Assembly (NCBI GenBank): GCA_963806535.1
Contig: CAWDYC010000005.1
Coordinates: 224,001-288,000 of the forward strand
DNA: 64,000 nt
Reading direction: 5' to 3'
From: Candidatus Bathyarchaeota archaeon
GTDB taxonomy: Archaea > Thermoproteota > Bathyarchaeia > Bathyarchaeales > Bathycorpusculaceae
Positions 21,082 to 30,475 of the stretch are shown piece after piece (the first letter of the stretch is position 1; each line of letters opens with the position of its first letter). The notes under the pieces were generated by a model that did not search any database, was not told where the DNA came from, and saw only the letters and a program-made list of their open reading frames with translations. A program made the translations under genes and the position numbers.

Positions 21082-21771
21082 TTAATTTTTTCTTGCTTTG
21101 CACAAAATAGAAATCCCAAACCAATAATTCACTTTGGACTCTGCTAACAACCATTTTTCAAGAAGTCTTGAAAGCAGTTTTATGTTTGAAACTTTTTCAT
21201 GCGGGTAATCTTTTTTGGAAATTTTAATCGACACGGTAATTGGAAGTGCTAGCAGATTCCAGTGTCTTAATTTTTCGATTCTGAAACCAGAATCTTGCAG
21301 CTTAGATTCAAGTTCTATATTGGAATACCGCCGTTTATGGCCTAAAGCGGCGTCGTGTTTACTAAATAATGATTGATATGCAGGTACATTCACCACAATG
21401 CAGCCGTTAGGTTCCAGCATTTCACGGATTTTCCTCATAGCTAATTTGTCATCTTCAATGTGTTCTAGGACGTCGCCAAGGATTACGCAATCAAATTTTT
21501 CTTGGGTTTGCCATGTATTTATGTCGGCAACAAATCCGTTAATTCCTTTCTTTTTTGCAATCTCAATTGCTTTACTGTCATTGTCAATTACCGTTACATT
21601 GTAGCCCTTCGTTAGCAAGGTTTTGGATAGAAGACCAGACCCGCATCCAACATCTAAGACTTTTTTGCCTTCGACTAGCTTCAAAATTAGTTTTACCTTG
21701 ACTTTGCTCCAAAAATCTGATTCTTCAAAACGCTCTAAGTCTTCTGCGTGACTATGTAGGTTTTCACCCAT
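21082..21771 (-). CDS. class I SAM-dependent methyltransferase (glycan-associated type)
   Basis: LDVGCGSG, DVLEHIEDD, VPA..LFS.HD...GH.RRY. Confidence 0.88.
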   Translation of the reverse strand: MGENLHSHAEDLERFEESDFWSKVKVKLILKLVEGKKVLDVGCGSGLLSKTLLTKGYNVTVIDNDSKAIEIAKKKGINGFVADINTWQTQEKFDCVILGDVLEHIEDDKLAMRKIREMLEPNGCIVVNVPAYQSLFSKHDAALGHKRRYSNIELESKLQDSGFRIEKLRHWNLLALPITVSIKISKKDYPHEKVSNIKLLSRLLEKWLLAESKVNYWFGISILCKARKN

Positions 21772-22442
21772 AATCTGAGTACCCCCCTGCCCATCTTTAA
21801 TGTATCTTGAAAAAGGCTAAGCTTTGAATCGGGCTTGTAACTCCAAGTTACAGGTATCTCTCTTATTTCGTACCCTGCTCTCTTACATCTGAACAAAAGT
21901 TCTGCATCAAATTCAAAGCCATTACTTTCCACGCTGGATAGAACTTTTTCTAAAACTTCTTTTTTGAACGCCTTACAGCCGCATTGAGTATCCTTCACAT
22001 TAAGATTGAATAAAGCATTGAATATTCTTGAAAAGGCTTTACCAGCGAAAACTCTTGCAAGCGGAGGATAAACCAAGATTTTTGTATCCTTGAGTTCTCT
22101 TGAAGCAACCGCAACATCAACTTGCCTAACATAAGTGGCAACTTTTTCAACGTCTGACACTGGCACAGGCAAGTCTGAATCAAGAAGCATCACAATTTGT
22201 CCATGAGCTTGTGTTACACCTTTCTTGAAAGCCCCTCCTTTACCCAGCCTTTTGCTTGATGTTAAAAGCTTGATGATTGCCGAGTTTTTGGAGAATTCTG
22301 TGACAATATCGTCTGTTTTATCGTTGCTTTCTGATACAACTAAAATTTCGCAGGAACCATCAAACCGCGCAACCAAGCTCTCCAACGTGCTCTTGATTCT
22401 TTTTTCCTCGTTGTACGCTGGTATTACGATTGATAACTTCAT
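21735..22442 (-). CDS. GT2 polyprenyl-phosphate glycosyltransferase (Dol-P-Glc/Man synthase-like)
   Basis: SIVIPAYNE, GKGGA, DSD, DTQCGCKAF, FDAE. Confidence 0.9.
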   Translation of the reverse strand: MKLSIVIPAYNEEKRIKSTLESLVARFDGSCEILVVSESNDKTDDIVTEFSKNSAIIKLLTSSKRLGKGGAFKKGVTQAHGQIVMLLDSDLPVPVSDVEKVATYVRQVDVAVASRELKDTKILVYPPLARVFAGKAFSRIFNALFNLNVKDTQCGCKAFKKEVLEKVLSSVESNGFEFDAELLFRCKRAGYEIREIPVTWSYKPDSKLSLFQDTLKMGRGVLRLWVKTYIVTQKT

Positions 22443-22831
22443 TTAGCGTTTGCCATCCATCCAGAGCATATTTTTGGGTGAGCTTATTTCATAACATTTT
22501 AAGCTGCTACCATATGTCTCTTTGGGTAAAAACGGCTATAGCCAAGAAATTGCCTTGTTGGCGAAGTAGAATCTTAATAGGTTTCATTTGACTTCAGCTC
22601 ATTGCTTTTGCGGTAAAAATTATTGAATTTTAACAAACGCTTTTTTATTATGACTGAATTAATGCTTGTCTAAGAGGAGAGAGGCTCAACATAAAACAAT
22701 CAAGCGCATTCCCCGATGCAACGCAGCCGTTAGCTGACGCCTCCGCAGCGTCGCGGCTAAAGCTTGCGGCTAAAACGCATAAGTGGCGGCTGGCTTTCCT
22801 TGTTTTCATTGTAGTTTACGTTGTTTTTCTT

Positions 22832-24349
22832 TTGTGGAATTTAGGGTGTATGTCGCTTCAATGGGACGAAATGCCTCACCTGTACGGCGGCTTGCTGTTA
22901 ACCCGGGGACAAACAAATCTCTACATGACAACTTATGGCTATTACCCGCCACTGTTCGACTTGATAACAACTGGGTACCTGGAAATTTTCGGCATGACCT
23001 CCATAGCAGGCAGGCTCGTTTCAGTTACATTTGCAGTGCTCGCCGTCTGGGTAGTGTTCGAACTTTCAAACAAAATGTATGGACCCAAAAACGCCTTGTT
23101 AGCAAGTATTTTGCTCGGTACAATGCCCGGGTTCTTTTGGGTTTCAAGAGTAACTATGCTAGAAACAATACTCATTTTCTTTTTCACATTAGTGATGTTT
23201 TTCTTTTATTCCTGGATAACCAATAACAGTTACAAAGCGCTTTTTTTCACTGGCTTAACTTTAGGCATAGGAATTCTTGCAAAATATGAGATTTTAATTG
23301 CAGCCTTAGCAATGTTAACAACTGTTTTGTTGCTTTTGCGCAAACGTCTAAAGATTAGCCTAGCAAAGGTTATCGTAATTGTTGTAATTGCTGTTTTGGT
23401 TGCGGCTCCATGGTTTCTAATGGTTTATCAACTTAACGGTATGACAAAGTTTCAAACTGTCGGTTATGTGATGCAAAGCGGTGCTGAAAATCGACTGGAA
23501 TACAGCAACCGATTTTTTGCGCCTGTTTTCTACTTAATTGAAATAACCTGGCCCTACAACTACGCCCCGGTTCATCCAGTCTCGTTGCCAATCGTCATTT
23601 TAGGCTTGTGCGGCTTAGGGCTTTTTGCTTATCGCCGCAAAAAAGAGGACCTTTTCCTGCTAACTTGGTTCATAGTAGTTTACCTTTTCTTCACCGCGAT
23701 TCCAAACAAGCAGTGGAGATATGTAGACCCGTTCTTTCCCATCTTGGCGATTTCAGCCGCTAGCTTCATCTTTTTCCTCTACGGTAGAGTTCGCGCATGG
23801 AAACCTCGACTAATTGGTGCCAGTGATGTTAGAGCTAAGAAACTTGCTTCAGTCATTTTCATTGTAGTTATTGCTTCTACGATTGCTTATGCTAGTTATG
23901 ATTCCTACCTTATGACTGGAAGAGACCAAATCCACATTCCTATCGATGAAGCAACAAACTATTTGGCTCATCACCTTGACCAAAATCAATCAGCGGTGTT
24001 GGTTTGCGCTTCCAACCTTTTGGATCAAGATATGTTTAGGTTTTATTTGCCTGCAAACATGTCAAAAGACCAGGTTTGGCAGTACCCTGAGCTAGCAGTT
24101 GATGCTTTCACTCCTAACTTTAACATAACAGAATTCGTCCTTCTTTGCCAGCAACATAATGTAAAATACATTATACTTTTTGACTATGGACCTCACACGT
24201 TGTTTTTCAACTCTACTATGGATTACCAGCAGGTTCAGACTTTGATTTACAATACTGGACGATTTGATGTTCCTACAGATCGCCCATTCTTCGGGGATTT
24301 TGCTAACAACAAAGGATACAGACTCTTTCTCGTTCGCTTCCTAGGTTAA
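22832..24349 (+). CDS. ArnT/PMT-like (GT83/GT39) membrane glycosyltransferase
   Basis: WDE, YPPLF, RLVS, RY..P motifs; frame stays open upstream of 22832. Confidence 0.85.
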   Translation: MWNLGCMSLQWDEMPHLYGGLLLTRGQTNLYMTTYGYYPPLFDLITTGYLEIFGMTSIAGRLVSVTFAVLAVWVVFELSNKMYGPKNALLASILLGTMPGFFWVSRVTMLETILIFFFTLVMFFFYSWITNNSYKALFFTGLTLGIGILAKYEILIAALAMLTTVLLLLRKRLKISLAKVIVIVVIAVLVAAPWFLMVYQLNGMTKFQTVGYVMQSGAENRLEYSNRFFAPVFYLIEITWPYNYAPVHPVSLPIVILGLCGLGLFAYRRKKEDLFLLTWFIVVYLFFTAIPNKQWRYVDPFFPILAISAASFIFFLYGRVRAWKPRLIGASDVRAKKLASVIFIVVIASTIAYASYDSYLMTGRDQIHIPIDEATNYLAHHLDQNQSAVLVCASNLLDQDMFRFYLPANMSKDQVWQYPELAVDAFTPNFNITEFVLLCQQHNVKYIILFDYGPHTLFFNSTMDYQQVQTLIYNTGRFDVPTDRPFFGDFANNKGYRLFLVRFLG

Positions 24350-24354
24350 AGAGG

Positions 24355-24801
24355 CTAAATTAAGTCTAAAACTTCAAAACTGCTTTCTTTATTTTTTGCC
24401 CTTTTAGCAGTAGAACCAGTCAACTCCAAAATGACGACTTCGCCTATTAGCCAAATATTAACTCCCATTCGCACGCAACCTGTAACTGCTGTCTCATTTC
24501 TTCCAAAACTTGCATGCATGTGAAGTTTTGGTTTGCCTTGTTCGTTGGCGAATATGGTTCCTACACCGCAGGCTTCATGTACACCCTTCAAAAGAGTTAC
24601 CATAGGGTCAATAGTGCATCCTTTTCCCTCTTTTGGTCCAACAACAACTTTGCTTTTGTCTTCTGCGCCGCCTAAAAAGAAGCATAGCGCGCTGGAAACC
24701 TTTTTTTCAGCTGCAAATTTCTCGACAACTTCATCGAGACGCTCGTCTTGGTGAAGTCTGAGTATGAAGATTCTTCCGAGTTTTGCTTCAGTAAAGTCCA
24801 A
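24355..24801 (-). CDS. PPC/DUF296 domain protein
   Basis: ILRL...E, GTI, P.LHMHASFG. Confidence 0.88.
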   Translation of the reverse strand: MDFTEAKLGRIFILRLHQDERLDEVVEKFAAEKKVSSALCFFLGGAEDKSKVVVGPKEGKGCTIDPMVTLLKGVHEACGVGTIFANEQGKPKLHMHASFGRNETAVTGCVRMGVNIWLIGEVVILELTGSTAKRAKNKESSFEVLDLI

Positions 24802-24869
24802 TTTTTAATCCTTCTTTTGATTGAAAATTGGCTATTAGTATTAAAGTTTCCCTTTTTATTTTATTTCGG

Positions 24870-26255
24870 TTAACGTTTTTCTGTCTCAATCGAACGTTTT
24901 GCTGGTTTAGATAATGAATTAAAAACACTCTGGAGTTTGCGTCTGCTTAACCATAGAAATCCAGAGAGCAAAACTGCGAATCCCAAATATTGAAGGTTCA
25001 TTAGAAAGCTGTTTTGACTGATTGGTGCATGATTGAAAAGGGAGTAGCCAACGGCTTGATCCATTGTCACTCTGAAAAGCAAATAGTCCGATGTGGACAG
25101 TTGATGAGCCGAAATCATATTGGCAAAAATGGTTGCCGCTAACAGAAGGATTCCAACAATAACTATGGTGAAGATCAGTTTTCTGTTAAGTTTAGTTTTT
25201 ACTAAGCTCATTCGTGAAATACTTTTACTTACTATTGACGCTGCGATCAAGCAGAAGAAAGGCAACGCTAAATAATCATATTTGATGGCGTTGTTGTAGG
25301 GTGCTTTAAGATTTAGCCCCACTCCTAAAATCATATCAAGGATTAAAATAGGGAGAATCGTTGCCAAACAAATAAGGTCGAATCGAAATGTCTTTGGTAA
25401 TTCTTTTCTGAATGTAACAAGCAAAAGCAACGAAAACGCTGTTGCAACTACAAAGAAGGCACCTAAACCATAATTCCATAGAAAAACCCCGACGAACGAG
25501 TATGACAATTTAACTCCAGTATAATTAAGATCACTGAAATCACTGTGCTGAAACATGTAGAACAAGTTTTTTCCTAAAATTACTTGATACCAGAACAAAG
25601 AAGACAATAGTGCAGGTAACAAGAAAGCTGTTACTTGGTTGAGAAACAGCTTGACCTCTTTTGGTTTTGAGTAAAAAAGAAAGAGGAATAGTGGGATAAG
25701 CATAAAGGCAGCAAAATACTTTGTCAGCAACGCTGCTGCAAATAGAATACCCGAAATCAAAGAAAGCTTAACTGACCCTCTTCGGACAGCTAAGACTCCA
25801 GCGTATAAACAAAGAAGGCTAAAGAATAAGCATTGTGCGTCTATCAAAAAGCTTCTTGATAGCACGAGTTCCCATGGGCTTAATGCAAAAAGTGCAGCCG
25901 CCACGAGCCCTGTAGGTTTACTGTATAATTCTTTACCGATTTTATAGATAATAACCGTGCTTCCGAGCCCAAGTAGTGTTACAAGAATTGTGCCGTTATA
26001 AACCGATGCGCCTACGCCTTTGAAAAATAATCCTTCGATGTAGAAGCCCAATGGAGGCTGATTAATTATATTACCGATACTATTAACATAAGGCATTCCC
26101 CATTTCAAAACGCCTTTTGCAGCTGCAAATTCCCAGTCAGTATCCCCATTTTGAAAAGGCCCTATTGAAAGCGAAATAAACGTAATTCCGATTAGGATGC
26201 TTAAAAGCGGGTAATTTTCGCTTAGTAGTTTTTTAACGTCATCCTTGACAAACAT
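24870..26255 (-). CDS. ArnT/PMT-like membrane glycosyltransferase
   Basis: QPPLGFY, AAALFALSPWE, LTKY motifs and many TM helices. Confidence 0.8.
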   Translation of the reverse strand: MFVKDDVKKLLSENYPLLSILIGITFISLSIGPFQNGDTDWEFAAAKGVLKWGMPYVNSIGNIINQPPLGFYIEGLFFKGVGASVYNGTILVTLLGLGSTVIIYKIGKELYSKPTGLVAAALFALSPWELVLSRSFLIDAQCLFFSLLCLYAGVLAVRRGSVKLSLISGILFAAALLTKYFAAFMLIPLFLFLFYSKPKEVKLFLNQVTAFLLPALLSSLFWYQVILGKNLFYMFQHSDFSDLNYTGVKLSYSFVGVFLWNYGLGAFFVVATAFSLLLLVTFRKELPKTFRFDLICLATILPILILDMILGVGLNLKAPYNNAIKYDYLALPFFCLIAASIVSKSISRMSLVKTKLNRKLIFTIVIVGILLLAATIFANMISAHQLSTSDYLLFRVTMDQAVGYSLFNHAPISQNSFLMNLQYLGFAVLLSGFLWLSRRKLQSVFNSLSKPAKRSIETEKR

Positions 26256-26422
26256 AAATACTCATTTTAGCGGAACCATTTATCTTCAAAGGGTTTCTTG
26301 TTATCATCTTTGAATACACTTTGAGTATAAAACTTTCCATTTAGCCTTTTATTTCTAATGATGCCCTCTAGTGCAGTTTAAAAAAATGTTGAGTCGGAAA
26401 AAAAACCGTTAACAACAGTTGA

Positions 26423-26572
26423 TTATATTCTGTTTATGTAGAGAATCTTTTTTGCATCTTCTTTTCGTTTTTGCTTAGGCACATTTAATGAGCTGTCACT
26501 TGTTGTGATAACTGCGTTGTCTGCAGTTATCTGACAGTTTGAAGAGTGCCTTGCTTGTTTTTTCTGAGCCAT
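26423..26572 (-). CDS. small basic hypothetical protein
   Basis: MAQKKQARHS...KKILYINRI, 49 aa; no homology evidence. Confidence 0.35.
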   Translation of the reverse strand: MAQKKQARHSSNCQITADNAVITTSDSSLNVPKQKRKEDAKKILYINRI

Positions 26573-26811
26573 GTTTTTCAACTTCTTGAAGAGTCCAGTG
26601 AGTATCACTATAGGCTTATAAATCTTATCCCGATTTTAAACGCCACTTTTTGAATCAATTAGTTTATTTCTAGACAAAAATATGAGCGGCAATTGATTGC
26701 GTTTAAACAGCATTTTTTAGTTAAACTTAATCCTAAAAGCGTTAATGCTGAACAATTGAAGTCTAATTTAAAGTCAAAAAACTAGGAAAAAAGTCTTAAC
26801 AATATCGAACG

Positions 26812-27405
26812 TCAGTAATTAAAACGCTGATTTTTCCAAACGTCGGCATTGTCATTGTATCCGCGTCGTTCCCAGAAACCCAGCTCTTTGTTGCGGGTAA
26901 ACCGTAAATGCACCACCCACAACGCGCTTTTATATGCATACTTGCTCGGAACTATCAGGCGCACCGGAAATCCTAAACCTTCTTCCAAAACTTCATCATT
27001 AAGCTTGTAAGCTAAAAGCACATCGTCGCCGTAAAGTTCTTCTCGAAAAAGCGAAGTGGTATACGAGTCGGCGCATTCAAAAGTTACAGCTTTCGCAACT
27101 TCTTTGGGTTTAACGAGCTTTTCGATTTCACGAATGTGAATGCCCTCCCATTTGCAATCTAAAACGCTCCATCCTTCGACGCAATGAAAATCGCTTGTTG
27201 AAACGGTTTTTGGCAGTTTCATGAAGTCATTCCAGCTTAGCTTGATTGGGTTTTCTACTTCGCCTTCAATTGTTAGCGAGTAGGTTTCGAGTTTGAGTTG
27301 CGGGTTTGTTGACTTTATGCCTGGGTGATCAATACCCCAACGTAAAATGCGATTTGTTGCTTCTTGATTAGGTGGCAACTTCTTTTTCTTAGGTTCAGAG
27401 GACAA
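26812..27405 (-). CDS. sulfite oxidase-like molybdopterin oxidoreductase (YedY/YuiH-like)
   Basis: DFHCVEGWS, GFPVRLIVP..YAYKS..W, GFWE.RGY. Confidence 0.9.
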   Translation of the reverse strand: MSSEPKKKKLPPNQEATNRILRWGIDHPGIKSTNPQLKLETYSLTIEGEVENPIKLSWNDFMKLPKTVSTSDFHCVEGWSVLDCKWEGIHIREIEKLVKPKEVAKAVTFECADSYTTSLFREELYGDDVLLAYKLNDEVLEEGLGFPVRLIVPSKYAYKSALWVVHLRFTRNKELGFWERRGYNDNADVWKNQRFNY

Positions 27406-27458
27406 AAGAATTACCTAGAAAAGTATTGTTTAGCATAAACAAAAAGTTTGCTTAGAAT

Positions 27459-28562
27459 TTAACTTGTTTGGAAAAAGCTTGTTAATCGCTTCTGCTGCGG
27501 CTCTTCTTTAACAAAACTGCCGATTCTAACTCCCGCCCGCCTGATTGGGAGTTCCGAATCTGCAAGATATTTTTCGAAAAGTTCCTGTGCTCCTTTGTAG
27601 ATAGTTTCTTTGTCTTTTGCCGGTTTATCCAAAGTCTTCGATCGGCTCTTGCCCGAAAGATCAGTCATAACTGCACTTATTCCAACAAGGCGAAAACTCA
27701 TGTTTTTTGAGGTAAATTCATTACAAATATCCTCAATTTGCTCGTGAATCTTTGCCATAATTACCGAAATGTCGCGAGTGTCTTCTTTTAGGGTGCCCAT
27801 TCGCCCTATAGATCCAGCTTCGCCTGTTTCTTGTACGGGCTCGTTGTCGATACCTCTTGCGGCGTCATGGAAATATAGTCCGAGACTTTTTCCAAAAACT
27901 GCAACAAGTTTCTGAACATCAACTTTCTCCAAGTCGCCAATGGTTTTTATGCCCATGGAATCCATTTTTGCACTTATCTTTTTGCCAACTCCCAAAAGGC
28001 GATCAACGGTCAACGGCGACATAAAGCATCCGACTTCATCCGGAGTAATAATGGTTAAGCCGTCGGGTTTTTGGCTGTCACACGCAATTTTAGAAACAAG
28101 TTTGTTCGGTCCGACACCTATTGTGAAAGATATGCCCACCTGCTTTTTGACTTCAGTTTTAATTTCTTGAGCATAATCTTTTGCCCTCTCAAAGCTGCAT
28201 TGAACTTGCTCTGTAACATCCAAGTAAGCCTCATCAATACTGACTTGCTCCATATTGGTTGCATAGTTGCTAAAAATCTGCATTATGCGTTCGCTTATTT
28301 CTTCATAATATTCATGGTCAACTGGCAAGAAAACGGCATCAGTTCCTTCCAATTTTCGGATTGCTAGGAACAGGGGCATTCCTGATTTAACGCCACATTT
28401 TCTGGCAATATAGTTGCTCGTACTTACTGCTCCGCTTATCTCAGTGCGTCCTGAGTAGACGCCTACAACAACAGGCTTATCCTTCAGAGCTGGGTTGCGT
28501 AGCTCTTCACATTGGGCAAAGAAATAATCAAAATCTGCCAGCATAACAACGCGGTTCTGCAT
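27459..28562 (-). CDS. dinB: Y-family DNA polymerase IV
   Basis: DFDYFFAQ, SNYIAR..GV.SGMP, SIDEAYLD, KPDG; ATG at 28562. Confidence 0.95.
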   Translation of the reverse strand: MQNRVVMLADFDYFFAQCEELRNPALKDKPVVVGVYSGRTEISGAVSTSNYIARKCGVKSGMPLFLAIRKLEGTDAVFLPVDHEYYEEISERIMQIFSNYATNMEQVSIDEAYLDVTEQVQCSFERAKDYAQEIKTEVKKQVGISFTIGVGPNKLVSKIACDSQKPDGLTIITPDEVGCFMSPLTVDRLLGVGKKISAKMDSMGIKTIGDLEKVDVQKLVAVFGKSLGLYFHDAARGIDNEPVQETGEAGSIGRMGTLKEDTRDISVIMAKIHEQIEDICNEFTSKNMSFRLVGISAVMTDLSGKSRSKTLDKPAKDKETIYKGAQELFEKYLADSELPIRRAGVRIGSFVKEEPQQKRLTSFFQTS

Positions 28563-29434
28563 TACGTTGCGCTTCCTTTGCTTTTTGGCATTAGCCAAGA
28601 CCCATCACAGACTGCTGTGTTTAACTGATCTAAACCCTCTCGGCAAACACCAAACTTCATCCCTTTAGCCTCTGCCAAATCTCGAATATCCTTAAGAAGC
28701 TTATATCTTAGGTCTTTTGGTAAAAGAGTGCTGCCGCCGATTTTTTCGCCTTGCTGAAAATAAAGCGGTTTAAGCTTCTCCGCTATCTTTGGCATGGCTT
28801 GGTTAAGTCGCATCCAATTGTCCGCTTTTGCCTTATAAGTTGAGCAGGTAACGTGTTTAACACCTATGCTTGCTAGCTCTATGATGAGTTTTTGCGGTTG
28901 GTCATTTACTAATGGTATAATCGGATCTATTCTGACGGAGACGGGTATGCCTGCTTTGATTAAGTCTTGGGCCGCTCTAAGCCGTAGAGACGGTGGAGGT
29001 GCCCACGGTTCAATCAGTTTCGCCACGTTATCGTCGTCAGTGGTTATGGTTAACGCGACCGTTGAAGGAATTTTTGTTAGTAGGTCGTCGTCTCTGGTTA
29101 CGATGTTGCTTTTGGTGATGATTTGGATTTTGCAGTTGCTTTCAGTTAGAATTTCAAGGCAACGCCTTGTTAAGCCAGTGGACGCTTCTACACGTGGATA
29201 TGGGTCAGATGAATTAGCTATTGAAATTGTTTCGCCTTTGAGTTTTGCTGCTTCCCGCTTCAAAGTTGCAAGCAGGTCTTTTTTTGGTCTGCAATCGCTG
29301 AAACTTGGAATGTAGCTGGAGGCGTAACAGTAGATGCATTGGTGGTCGCATCCAGTGTAAGGGTTAAACGTAAGCTTCGGTGGGCAAGTGCAGAGGCCAG
29401 AACGCCAAGGGTCAAAATTTGTAATTAACGGCAC
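28562..29434 (-). CDS. SPL/SplB-like radical SAM protein
   Basis: NPYTGCDHQCIYCYA, SSDPYP, ITKS, RIDPIIP. Confidence 0.88.
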   Translation of the reverse strand: MPLITNFDPWRSGLCTCPPKLTFNPYTGCDHQCIYCYASSYIPSFSDCRPKKDLLATLKREAAKLKGETISIANSSDPYPRVEASTGLTRRCLEILTESNCKIQIITKSNIVTRDDDLLTKIPSTVALTITTDDDNVAKLIEPWAPPPSLRLRAAQDLIKAGIPVSVRIDPIIPLVNDQPQKLIIELASIGVKHVTCSTYKAKADNWMRLNQAMPKIAEKLKPLYFQQGEKIGGSTLLPKDLRYKLLKDIRDLAEAKGMKFGVCREGLDQLNTAVCDGSWLMPKSKGSAT

Positions 29435-29569
29435 CTAACTTCACTTACTCAATAATGATTTGACGGCAAACAAAAACTATTCGCAAAAATTTGCACAAAA
29501 TGTAATCAATTTTACTTGAGAACATCCTCTCATAAAAATGAAGAAAATGTTATGAAGATTTTGATTCTT

Positions 29570-30475
29570 TTAAGGTGGTATTACGCCCATTCTTGAGAGT
29601 TCTTCTTTGAGGCTGTCTCTGATATTTTTGAGGGTTTGCCGTTTTTGGACATAGTCGTCGCCGCGATATTTTGTCTGCTTTGAAGTCGCGGTCTAACTGG
29701 TCAAGCTCCATCATAATTTCGGTGATTCTTGCTTTAAGCTGGTCGACATAGGAAACGGCTTTTTCTCTAACTATAACTTCTGAAGGTGCAAGAGACGTTT
29801 TTATTACGCCATCTTCTATGCGCAAGAATTCTGTTAGATGCACGAGCTACGCTTGGGTCATGAGTAACCATAATTATGGTTTTACCAAGTTCTTGATTTA
29901 CTTTTGTACAGGTACTCCACAATCATTCTTGCGTTGTGCGTATCCAATTCGCCAGTTGGCTCATCTGCCAGCAGAACCGGAGCGTCATTTGCCAAGTGCA
30001 GCCGCTATAGCTATTCTTTGCTGTTCACCACCACTTAATTCTTCAGGCTTATGGTCAGCACGTGTTTGTAGAGCCAACGATTTCAAGCAGCTCTTGTAGT
30101 TCGTTGCTTTCTTTTGCCGCGTGAGATTCCGGATGCAACCATTGAGAACTCTATGTTTTCCTTTGCTGTTAAGGTGGGAATAAGGTTTAGGTTTTGGAAG
30201 ATGTGCCCAACCATTTTTCTTCTGTAATCGACAAGTTGCCTAACTGATAGATCTGTGACGGTTTTTTCGCCAACTTGAACGGTGCCTGCGGTGGCTTTGT
30301 CTAGACCGCCGATAATGTTTAGAAGGGTTGTTTTGCCGCTTCCACTTGGACCTATGATTGAAATTAACTCTCCTGATGAGATGTCAAGGTTTAACCCGCG
30401 TAGGGCTTGCACTTCAATTTTGCCTGTGTGATGTACTTTAACTAGGTCTCTTACTTTTACGTTTAATCCACTCAT
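29570..30475 (-). CDS. ABC transporter ATP-binding protein, LolD/MacB type, with C-terminal helical extension (frameshifted)
   Basis: GPSGSGKT; ELSGGEQQR and VTHD in shifted frames. Confidence 0.85.

Noticed and set aside
28866-29315. Antisense ORFs such as 28866-29315, 51317-51775 and 11328-11696
   Set aside because: They are shadows of well-supported genes on the opposite strand
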